Shown here piece after piece: positions 1 through 7,751 of a DNA stretch of 64,000 bases. The notes beneath the pieces are model-generated. The model was not told the DNA's origin. It worked only from the letters and a program-made list of their open reading frames with translations, and did no database searches. The number at the start of each line of letters is the position of its first letter. Positions within the stretch are counted from its first letter, which is position 1. Source of the stretch: Polaribacter sp. (GTDB lineage Bacteria > Bacteroidota > Bacteroidia > Flavobacteriales > Flavobacteriaceae). The position numbers were made by a program, and so were the translations under genes. The DNA lies in NCBI RefSeq assembly GCF_965656025.1, contig NZ_CBFHJT010000002.1, forward strand, positions 11,936-75,935. The letters are read 5' to 3'.

Positions 1-42
1 AAATTGTAATTTTGATTGACTAATAATCTTAAAATTTTAACA

Positions 43-891
43 ATGAAAAAAATAATACTATCCTTATTTGTTGCTGCCATTGCTTTTTCTGCAAATGCAC
101 AAATTAAAACTCCAGCTCCTAGCCCATTTCAGAAAATTGAGCAAAAAGTTGGTTTAACAGATGTTACTTTAGAGTACTCAAGACCTAGTATGAAAGGAAG
201 GAAAATATTTGGTGGCTTAGAAGATTATGGAAAAGTTTGGAGAACAGGAGCTAACGAAAACACTAAAGTAACCTTTTCTACAGATTTTATGGTTGATGGA
301 AAAAACCTAAAAAAAGGTACTTATGCATTATATACAATTCCAGGAGAAAAAACTTGGGATGTAATTTTATATACGGACGCTACAAATTGGGGGAATCCTA
401 GAAAATGGGACGAATCTAAAGTTGCTGCAAAAATAACAGTTACTCCATATAAAATGCCAATGCCAATTGAAACGTTTACCATTACTTTTGATGATTTAAC
501 AAATAGTTCTGCTGTTATAGGTATTATGTGGGAAAACGTTTATGTACCATTTAAGTTTGAAACACCAACTGACAAAATGGTTTCTTCTAGTATAAACAAA
601 ATAATGAACGGACCAACTGCAGACGACATGTATGGAGCTGCGGTTTATTATTTACAAGCTGATAAAGACATTACAAAAGCACAAGAATGGATTGATAAAG
701 CAGTAGAAATGACTTCTGATAGTCCTCGTTTTTGGTTTTTACGCCAACAATCTTTAATCCATGCGAAAGCAGGAAATAAAAAAGGAGCAATTAAAGCTGC
801 AAAAGAATCTTTAAAATATGCTACTAAAGCAGGAAATGCTGGGTATATTAAAATGAACAAAGCCTCTTTAAAAGAGTGGGGAGCTATGTAA
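43..891 (+). CDS. DUF2911 family exported protein with C-terminal TPR-like helices
   Basis: Signal peptide MKKIILSL..ANAQ; PSP..YSRP..GRKIFG..YGKVWRTGANE motif typical of DUF2911; ATG at 43 preferred over the TTG at 16; TAATTTTG -7 element at 7-14. Confidence 0.85.
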   Translation: MKKIILSLFVAAIAFSANAQIKTPAPSPFQKIEQKVGLTDVTLEYSRPSMKGRKIFGGLEDYGKVWRTGANENTKVTFSTDFMVDGKNLKKGTYALYTIPGEKTWDVILYTDATNWGNPRKWDESKVAAKITVTPYKMPMPIETFTITFDDLTNSSAVIGIMWENVYVPFKFETPTDKMVSSSINKIMNGPTADDMYGAAVYYLQADKDITKAQEWIDKAVEMTSDSPRFWFLRQQSLIHAKAGNKKGAIKAAKESLKYATKAGNAGYIKMNKASLKEWGAM

Positions 892-913
892 TTTTTAATA
901 ACTTATAAAACAT

Positions 914-947
914 AAAAAATCTGAAGTGTTTACTTCAGATTTTTTTT
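914..947. terminator. Bidirectional intrinsic terminator
   Basis: aaaaaatctgaagt-gttt-acttcagattttttt hairpin between convergent genes. Confidence 0.85.
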
Positions 948-1365
948 AGCTTACTTTTAAATAAGTATCCTTATCAATAAAATAATTGGCTATTTTTTTG
1001 GGCGGTTCTACAGCAGACCATGAGGTATAGTCGAACCAAAAAAGTGCTCTTTTTAAAGTAACACAAAGTTCGTTTTTAGCATTATAGAAATTTATTTCTA
1101 CAAACATCTTACCAGAAACATCTATCTGTTTAAATTCTAATGAGGTTGAAAATTTTTGTGTAAACATTAAATTTTTAAAATGTACTTGTTGGTCATTTAC
1201 CTTTTGTAAACCTAGCTTTAAAGCATTCATCTTTATTTTTGCAAATCCATTTGTATATAAAAAAGTATCGAATATTGTAGAGGCATAGTTTAAAAATGCT
1301 GCATTTTGCATCACCATAAAATCGTTAACATCTTCTCCTTTTACTTTATAATTTCGTTGAAACAT
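946..1365 (-). CDS. Hotdog-fold acyl-CoA thioesterase-like protein
   Basis: 139 aa; N-terminal V..EDVND..VMQNAAFLNY resembles the 4HBT motif, but the usual D.xGH is degenerate. Confidence 0.6.
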   Translation of the reverse strand: MFQRNYKVKGEDVNDFMVMQNAAFLNYASTIFDTFLYTNGFAKIKMNALKLGLQKVNDQQVHFKNLMFTQKFSTSLEFKQIDVSGKMFVEINFYNAKNELCVTLKRALFWFDYTSWSAVEPPKKIANYFIDKDTYLKVS

Positions 1366-1493
1366 ACGTGTAGAATTTTAAACTCTCTAGAATAAGATAG
1401 AAAGCATATTAAAACAACTTGTTACAAAATCCTTTGATAATGAAACGAAATATAACAAGCTGTTTCTGTTAATTTATTTTTTAATTTACTTAC

Positions 1494-2357
1494 TTAAAAA
1501 GTTCTAGAAAGATTAAAACCTAAGTGAATATCTCCCCCAAAAAAGTTGCCAGTAGTTTCTGTTATAAAAGCCTTTTCTACCATGCGTCTAGAATTTGCTA
1601 AAATAATTTGAAAAACATGACCTCCAGTTTCTATATCTATGCCAAAAGCAAGCGAGTTTCTGGTATCTAAAGATTGTAATTTATTAAACTGAGGAAAATA
1701 TTCTGCATTTAAAGAAACTCTTTTATTTAACTTTACTCTTGTACCGATACCTAATGCAAAAATATCATGAGGGTCTGCTAAGGTTGCAGTTAAATTTCTA
1801 TGAACATAGGTAGGTGTTAATTGAAATGAAATAGAAGCATTAACTTTTCTTGCAATTAAAACCTGTGCCGTGTAAAATAAACTTTCCGCTACAGATCTAG
1901 GTCTTTCTACTCCGGGAATGGTTTTTTGGGTTTTAGCAGCAATACTACCAAACAAAGAAACTGCAAACGGAAAAGAATTGATACCATTTTTTTGTTTTAA
2001 AAGACTATATTTTAAGAAACCTTCGTACGTTTTCTCTACACTTGCCCTACTTAAACCTGCTGTTAAATTATCAGTTAAACCATACTCGAAAGAAAAGCGA
2101 ATGTTAGAGAGATCTAAACCAAATAAATCTTCTATTCCTGTATTTATTGCGCCAAATCTATGTGCAATAATAAACTCTAATTCTTTCTTTTTTCTATTTT
2201 CTATTGAATGGCCGTTTACTATTCTTGTTCCTTTAAACGTAGCTGTTACAACATTATCTGTTTTAGGTGTTTCTTCGTCTAAAATATCTAACAAATCTTG
2301 TGCAGAAATTTGTATGCCACAAAATATAATAAGTAGCGTTAAAAATATATTTTTCAT
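1494..2357 (-). CDS. DUF5777-like outer-membrane beta-barrel protein (copy 1)
   Basis: Signal peptide ..ISAQ-DLL; ATFKGTRIVNGHS, HRFG, FGLD, DIETGGHVFQ motifs; C-terminal GFNLSRTF ending in Phe. Confidence 0.8.
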   Translation of the reverse strand: MKNIFLTLLIIFCGIQISAQDLLDILDEETPKTDNVVTATFKGTRIVNGHSIENRKKKELEFIIAHRFGAINTGIEDLFGLDLSNIRFSFEYGLTDNLTAGLSRASVEKTYEGFLKYSLLKQKNGINSFPFAVSLFGSIAAKTQKTIPGVERPRSVAESLFYTAQVLIARKVNASISFQLTPTYVHRNLTATLADPHDIFALGIGTRVKLNKRVSLNAEYFPQFNKLQSLDTRNSLAFGIDIETGGHVFQIILANSRRMVEKAFITETTGNFFGGDIHLGFNLSRTF

Positions 2358-2360
2358 GTT

Positions 2361-2906
2361 TTACTTTTTGTAGGGTTGATGATTAAAGTTAAAACTCACT
2401 TTTATTTTTTCTGCAATGTTCTTTTTTACTGCTGATGGTATAGCAACATCAAAATCGGATAATTTGATATAAAAATCACCTGACATTACGATAGCATCTT
2501 CAGTTTTTATAGTGTTTGCTTCTATTGTAATGCCTTGTGTTTTACCATGTATGGTTAGTTTTCCTTTTATTTTTACTTTACTTTCTTTCTCAGAAACAGC
2601 ATCAAAATTTAAAATTTCTCCTCTAAATATTGCCTTTGGATATTTGTCTGATTCTACATAATTTTCGTTAAAATGTTCTTGCATTAGCGCTTTTTCGAAC
2701 ATAAAAGATTTCATTAATATAGAAATTGCCATTTGTTTTTTGGTTGCATCTACAATGCTTAAAACTTGATTATTTTCTGCTTCTATATCCTCTAAAGGCG
2801 AAGATGAAAAAAATGAAACAGTGCCATTTTTTGTTAAAAATTTATCTTGTGCATTTATTACTGATATTAAAAACAGACAAATACAAAATGTATATAAGGT
2901 TTTCAT
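2361..2906 (-). CDS. YceI family polyisoprenoid/lipid-binding protein (copy 1)
   Basis: Signal peptide; SFFSS.PLEDIEA.N, LMQEHFNENYVESDKYPKA.F, GKLTIHG motifs. Confidence 0.85.
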   Translation of the reverse strand: MKTLYTFCICLFLISVINAQDKFLTKNGTVSFFSSSPLEDIEAENNQVLSIVDATKKQMAISILMKSFMFEKALMQEHFNENYVESDKYPKAIFRGEILNFDAVSEKESKVKIKGKLTIHGKTQGITIEANTIKTEDAIVMSGDFYIKLSDFDVAIPSAVKKNIAEKIKVSFNFNHQPYKK

Positions 2907-2912
2907 GATATT

Positions 2913-3332
2913 TTATGATTTGGTTATTACAGATTTTACAAGAATTACATCCATTAGAAACCCTGTACAGATTCCTTTAATAGTAATTTCTTGCGCTTCT
3001 TTTACTGTGTTTAATTTTTTAGTTTCATCTGCTGTTAAATGGCAAATAATACTTCCAAAATCGTCATTGGTTTCTAAAGTAATTATCCCTTTTGACTTTA
3101 CTGTTTTAATAGAAGAAACAGTGCCTGTTACTGCAATTATTTTTTCTAAATAGTTTTTGTTGGCTGTGATTTCATCAATAGAAAAATCGGCAATAATTTT
3201 ATTAGCAGTTAATGTAATATCTGCTTGTTCATTTGCAACATTTAAATGAGGTTTGTTGTACATTTTATATCCTACAAATGCACCAATACTTGCCAGTACT
3301 AAAAAGGCTATTATTATTTTTTTAAATTTCAT
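2913..3332 (-). CDS. Membrane-anchored OB-fold protein, tRNA_anti-like (copy 1)
   Basis: N-terminal TM helix; A..NYLEKIIAVTG.V and ITIKGICTG motifs. Confidence 0.7.
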   Translation of the reverse strand: MKFKKIIIAFLVLASIGAFVGYKMYNKPHLNVANEQADITLTANKIIADFSIDEITANKNYLEKIIAVTGTVSSIKTVKSKGIITLETNDDFGSIICHLTADETKKLNTVKEAQEITIKGICTGFLMDVILVKSVITKS

Positions 3333-3342
3333 GACAGCTATT

Positions 3343-3699
3343 TTAATTATCTAAAGCACCTTCATCTACCCAATTTACAATACTAGCTATCTGTGCTGCC
3401 GATAGAGTACCTCCTTGTGGCATTCTTTGACTTGCAACTGCATTTTTTACAATAGTAGCGTTTGCACTAATTTTTGTGTGACTTGTAAGTTCAGGAAAAT
3501 TACCTCCTGCAGAATGGCAACTGATACATCTAGCATCAATTATAGGTTCTACGTCGCTCTTAAAAGATACTTTTGTATCAACATTTGGATTTTCGCCAGA
3601 ACTGTCCTCTAATTCTTCTACGTTAGAAATACACGAAGTAAAAAAAACACCTAAAGCAATAATTGCAAGTAAACTTTTGATTTTTGGTTTGTGATTCAT
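3343..3699 (-). CDS. Monoheme c-type cytochrome lipoprotein
   Basis: Lipobox FTSC, acidic linker, CISCH heme-attachment motif, distal RMP (Met ligand), C-terminal WVDEGA. Confidence 0.85.
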   Translation of the reverse strand: MNHKPKIKSLLAIIALGVFFTSCISNVEELEDSSGENPNVDTKVSFKSDVEPIIDARCISCHSAGGNFPELTSHTKISANATIVKNAVASQRMPQGGTLSAAQIASIVNWVDEGALDN

Positions 3700-3724
3700 T
3701 TTAGTTGGTTTTAAAATTTAACAA

Positions 3725-3806
3725 CGTAAAGAAACTATATGAACTACATTTGAACACTAACAACCTTGGTTAGAAGGAAAAAAAATCTTTGAAAAGGAAA
3801 AAAGGA
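3725..3806 (-). promoter_or_regulatory. Putative LytTR-dependent promoter of the left operon
   Basis: Minus strand TTTTTCCTTTTCAAAGATTTTTTTTCCTT (3802-3774; TTTTCCTT repeat with 20-bp period) plus TTTCTTTACG at 3734-3725; matches the element at 5012-5068. Confidence 0.55.
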
Positions 3807-3848
3807 CGTTGAACAATTTGTTGTTTTTACTCAATCTTTATAAAAACT

Positions 3849-4940
3849 CTACATGTTTAACCATTGTTTAAACTCTGCCGCTTTATTTTTACTGATGATA
3901 ATATCTTCTGAAGTTTTAGACTGCAAAACAATTTTTAACTGACTATTACCATACTTAATAATTTTATCTATAGCTGTAATACTAATAATAAATTGCCTAT
4001 TTGCTCTAAAAAAAATGCTTGCATCTAATTGGGTGTACATATCATCTAAACTTGCATTGGTAGTAGATCGTTTTCCATTAAAACAAACCACATAAGTTAT
4101 CGTGTTTTCTGTATAAATAAAAGCTATTTCCTTAATAGGTATAGGTACTAGCTCGTTTCTAACATAGGTTAAAATTCTTTGTCTGCCTTTTTCTAAACCA
4201 TCTTCTAAACCATCGTCTTCAGTAACTTCTACTACTTTTTCTCTATAAGAAACTAAGTCTGTATTTAATTTAGATAAGTTTACAACTTCAGAGGTTAGTG
4301 TAGAGTTTTTGAGCTCTAATTGTTTCTCGTAAGCACTACCAATAAAACGAACTGCTAAAAATGATAACACAATAATTAATATCCCCATAATTAAAAAAAT
4401 GAGGTAAAAATTGGTTTTTAAGGTATTCATCTGTAGAGAAATACGACTCATATTAACATGTGCAGCTACAATTAAATCGGCATTTTTTAGAGGTGATATA
4501 TGAATAATTTCTGTTAAATCTGGATTTTTTGAATCAGAATTTACTAAAACATCATATAAATCTTCAGAATTATTTTTACCTTCTAAGGACGCTAAAAGTG
4601 TTTGATTAGAATTTACCTCCTGCCCTACTTTTGTTATATCTGGATGACAAACCTCTTTACCGCTCCAATTAAAAACACTAATAAACCAACTATCTTTTTG
4701 AGAACTCTGTATGATTTGTTGTGTGCTTAATACTATACTGTCTTTAGAAATCCCTTTAGAAAGCTGAAAATCTAATAATTTAGCAATCTCATTAGCCTCT
4801 CTTTTACTGGACTCTACTTGTACTTCTATTAATTGGTTTGCGCTAGCTTTTATAAAATATTGAACAGCAAAAGAAGCAATTAATAAAAAAATAGCTGCAA
4901 TTGATAAAAACGTTAAAAAATAAAGCCGGTCTTTTTTCAT
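3849..4940 (-). CDS. Membrane-anchored one-component LytTR regulator (TM - Cache-like sensor - TM - LytTR)
   Basis: Two hydrophobic helices flank a ~150 aa domain with a Cache-like HPD motif; C-terminal LytTR signature SLDD...LD..IFFRANRQFII..AI; no receiver domain. Confidence 0.85.
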   Translation of the reverse strand: MKKDRLYFLTFLSIAAIFLLIASFAVQYFIKASANQLIEVQVESSKREANEIAKLLDFQLSKGISKDSIVLSTQQIIQSSQKDSWFISVFNWSGKEVCHPDITKVGQEVNSNQTLLASLEGKNNSEDLYDVLVNSDSKNPDLTEIIHISPLKNADLIVAAHVNMSRISLQMNTLKTNFYLIFLIMGILIIVLSFLAVRFIGSAYEKQLELKNSTLTSEVVNLSKLNTDLVSYREKVVEVTEDDGLEDGLEKGRQRILTYVRNELVPIPIKEIAFIYTENTITYVVCFNGKRSTTNASLDDMYTQLDASIFFRANRQFIISITAIDKIIKYGNSQLKIVLQSKTSEDIIISKNKAAEFKQWLNM

Positions 4941-4991
4941 ACTTATTTAAAAGTCGAAATATACTACTTATTCTAAACTAACCATAAATTG

Positions 4992-5068
4992 CTTTTCCCC
5001 TTTAAGGCTCCTTTTTCCTTTTCGGAGATATTTTTTCATTTTTAATGGATATTTTCTTTTTCTTTACG
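4992..5068 (+). promoter_or_regulatory. Putative LytTR-dependent promoter of the right operon
   Basis: TTTTC repeats with C at 4997, 5017, 5037 (20-bp period) and TTTCTTTACG at 5059-5068. Confidence 0.55.
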
Positions 5069-5075
5069 TCAGTTT

Positions 5076-5513
5076 ATGAAGTCTATAAAAAATCTTTTTT
5101 ATACAATTATTGTTATTTTACTATTCGTAAATATTTATGTTTACGTACTACCTTTTTTTAAATCTTCTGAAAGAAATTTAGAAAAAGTACCCTCTGAAAT
5201 AGCATTAAATTCGAACCAATTGGTAAATTATTACCTCGAAAATGAAAAAAACGCCAACTATTTATATACAGGAAAAATCATAGAAGTAATAGGTTTTGTA
5301 GAGGATGTTTCTTTTTTAAATGATAGAAATACAGTATTATTGTATACTGATCATAAAAAATATGGTATTCTTTGCGATGTAAATAATGCTCAAATAGAGA
5401 AAGTGAAAAGCCTAAAAAAACATCAAAAAATAAAAGTAAAAGGAATCTGTAAAGGTTTTTTAAAAGATGTTGTTTTGTTGAATTGTTACATAGACTTAAA
5501 GCCAAATGAATAA
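5076..5513 (+). CDS. Membrane-anchored OB-fold protein, tRNA_anti-like (copy 2)
   Basis: Paralog of 2913-3332: AN..YTGKIIEVIG.V and IKVKGICKGFLKDV. Confidence 0.7.
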   Translation: MKSIKNLFYTIIVILLFVNIYVYVLPFFKSSERNLEKVPSEIALNSNQLVNYYLENEKNANYLYTGKIIEVIGFVEDVSFLNDRNTVLLYTDHKKYGILCDVNNAQIEKVKSLKKHQKIKVKGICKGFLKDVVLLNCYIDLKPNE

Positions 5514-6054
5514 AATATTACCACTACTACTCCTTTTTACCTTTTTTATAAAAGTACCTAAAAAAAATTCCCAATTTATTGCACGCCAAGGACAAGTTAC
5601 TTTTTTCTCTTACACTTCTGTAGAAAATATAGAAGCTAAAAACAACCAAGTTTTAAGTATTATAGATATAGATAAAAAAGAAATAGCCATTAGTATGTTA
5701 ATGCGTGCTTTTGTGTTTAAAAAAGATTTAATGTACGAGCATTTTAACGAGAGCTACATAGAGTCTGATATGTATCCAAAAGCAAATTTTGAAGGTGAAA
5801 TTTTAGATTTTGATAAATCTATCACAGGAGAACAAACCAGAATTATAAGAGGAACACTAACCATACATGGTATTTCTAAAGAAATTGACATAAAAACTAA
5901 AATAGAAAACAGCAATGGCAGTTATCTTTTAACAGGCGATTTTATTACACAGGTAAAAGATTTTGACATAAAAATACCTCAAATTTTAGCCAGTAATATT
6001 GCTAAAAATATTTCTATAAAATTTAGATTTCAATACAAACCTTATGAAAAATAA
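5506..6054 (+). CDS. YceI family protein (copy 2)
   Basis: IEAKNNQVLSI, LMYEHFNESYIESDMYPKA.F, GTLTIHG; paralog of 2361-2906. Confidence 0.85.
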   Translation: MNKILPLLLLFTFFIKVPKKNSQFIARQGQVTFFSYTSVENIEAKNNQVLSIIDIDKKEIAISMLMRAFVFKKDLMYEHFNESYIESDMYPKANFEGEILDFDKSITGEQTRIIRGTLTIHGISKEIDIKTKIENSNGSYLLTGDFITQVKDFDIKIPQILASNIAKNISIKFRFQYKPYEK

Positions 6055-6940
6055 TAGAACTATAAAAATATTTTTGCTTTTGTTTATTGGGTTTTGTACC
6101 ACAAATGCACAAGATTTATTAGATAAATTAAATAAAGAATTTCCCAAAAAACCAGTATATAAAATTGCTGCTTTTAAAACTACTAGAATTGGTTTAGGTC
6201 ACTCCATAGAAACCAGAAAAAAAGGAGCTTTAGAAATCTCTCTTTACAATAGATATTGGAATATTCCTAATTTTGATGGCCAACGCTTTTTAGCAGATAA
6301 AGTAAGTACAAGGTATGGTTTAGACTATTCTTTTACAGATAACTTTACCTTTGGTTTAGGCTACACCAATTATGATAAAATTTTTGATGGTTTTGTAAAG
6401 TATAAGTTTTTAAAACAACGAAATGAAAGCAGTAAAATGCCAGTTTCATTTACATTTGTACAAACTTTTTCACATAGAAAAACTACAAGTTCTACACCCT
6501 ATAGCGGTACTACAACAGCTGATAGTTTTGCCTATACAACACAGTTTTTAGTGGCTAGAAAATTTAATTCTGAACTTTCTTTACAAATTGCACCCACTGT
6601 TATTTTTAAGAATCAAAATAACAGTAATAATCCAAACAGTCAATTCGCTGTGGCTTTTGGCGGTAGACATAAAATAGGTAGACATGCATCTATTGTTTCT
6701 GAATATTATTACATAACGAACCCTTTAAAAACAATACAAACGTATCCACCCTTTATGGTGGGTGTTAATTGGGAATTGAGCCATTTGCTATTACAATTTC
6801 AAGTAACAAATGCACGTAGTTTTGTAGAGGACACTTACATAACTCAAACAACAAATAACTTTAATGCAGAAGATGGCAACTTCCATTTTGGCTTTAATGC
6901 TACATTTGTATTGCATACCAAAAAGAAAAAAATTGAGTAA
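6044..6940 (+). CDS. DUF5777-like beta-barrel protein (copy 2, diverged)
   Basis: AQDLL, AAFKTTRIGLGHSIE.RKK, LVARK.N..SLQIAPT, HFGFN; paralog of 1494-2357. Confidence 0.75.
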   Translation: MKNNRTIKIFLLLFIGFCTTNAQDLLDKLNKEFPKKPVYKIAAFKTTRIGLGHSIETRKKGALEISLYNRYWNIPNFDGQRFLADKVSTRYGLDYSFTDNFTFGLGYTNYDKIFDGFVKYKFLKQRNESSKMPVSFTFVQTFSHRKTTSSTPYSGTTTADSFAYTTQFLVARKFNSELSLQIAPTVIFKNQNNSNNPNSQFAVAFGGRHKIGRHASIVSEYYYITNPLKTIQTYPPFMVGVNWELSHLLLQFQVTNARSFVEDTYITQTTNNFNAEDGNFHFGFNATFVLHTKKKKIE

Positions 6941-6950
6941 AATTACTCTA

Positions 6951-6984
6951 AAAAAAAAGCTTTCAATTTCTTGAAAGCTTTTTT
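6951..6984. terminator. Bidirectional intrinsic terminator
   Basis: aaaaaaaagctttcaa-tttc-ttgaaagctttttt. Confidence 0.85.
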
Positions 6985-7010
6985 CTATTAATTACAATCT
7001 GTAAAAATTA

Positions 7011-7580
7011 TTATGGCATTACTACAGTTTCTATCGCATGTATTACTCCATTTGAAGCAGCAACATCAGCAATAACAACTTTAGACATGTTTCCTTTTTC
7101 GTCTTTTAACATAACACTATCTCCATCTAAAGAAGCTACTAATTTACCTCCTTGTACGGTGGTTACTTCAAATGCACCATTGTTTGCTTTTATAGCATCA
7201 ATTACAGCAGCTGCTTCAAATTTACCTGAAACAACATGATATGTTAAAATACCCGTCAACATTTCTTTATTTTCTGGCTTCAACAACGTTGCAATTGTAC
7301 CCTCTGGCAATTTTGCAAAAGCATCATTTGTAGGTGCAAAAACTGTAAATGGTCCTTCTCCACTTAATGTTGCTACTAAATCTGCTGCTTTTACTGCTGT
7401 AACTAAAGTTGAAAAATTTTCATTTCCAACTGCTACTTCAACAATGTTTGGCTTTTTTTCTTCTTTTACAACTTCTTTAGCTATTTCTTTTTTAACTTCT
7501 TCTTTTTTTGTGTTTTTACAAGATGTAAATACAAATAGTATCATTACTGCAAAAGACATTAATACGTTTCTAGTTTTCAT
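7011..7580 (-). CDS. Fasciclin (FAS1) domain lipoprotein
   Basis: Lipobox FTSC; FTVFAPTNDAF, ILTYHVV, NGVIHAI motifs. Confidence 0.92.
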   Translation of the reverse strand: MKTRNVLMSFAVMILFVFTSCKNTKKEEVKKEIAKEVVKEEKKPNIVEVAVGNENFSTLVTAVKAADLVATLSGEGPFTVFAPTNDAFAKLPEGTIATLLKPENKEMLTGILTYHVVSGKFEAAAVIDAIKANNGAFEVTTVQGGKLVASLDGDSVMLKDEKGNMSKVVIADVAASNGVIHAIETVVMP

Positions 7581-7694
7581 AATTTGTTTTTATTATTTGA
7601 TTCGAATCAAAGATAAATACACATTCTCTTAAATTGTCTTAATTTTTGTTTAAACTTTAGTTAAATTTATTAAACAATTTTATTTTAAATAACA

Positions 7695-7730
7695 AAAAAA
7701 ACATCCAACTCTAAAAAAGTTGGATGCCTT
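7695..7730 (-). terminator. Terminator after carB
   Basis: catccaact..agttggatg stem with A-tract (U-tract on the minus strand). Confidence 0.7.
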
Positions 7731-7751
7731 AATTATTATAAAAAAAGTAAT

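Noticed and set aside
3700-5075. Invertible (phase-variable) segment flipping the LytTR gene between the mirror operons
   Set aside because: The shared elements are inverted but imperfect, short and low-complexity, with no adjacent invertase; duplicated operators explain them better. Read-level inversion was not testable
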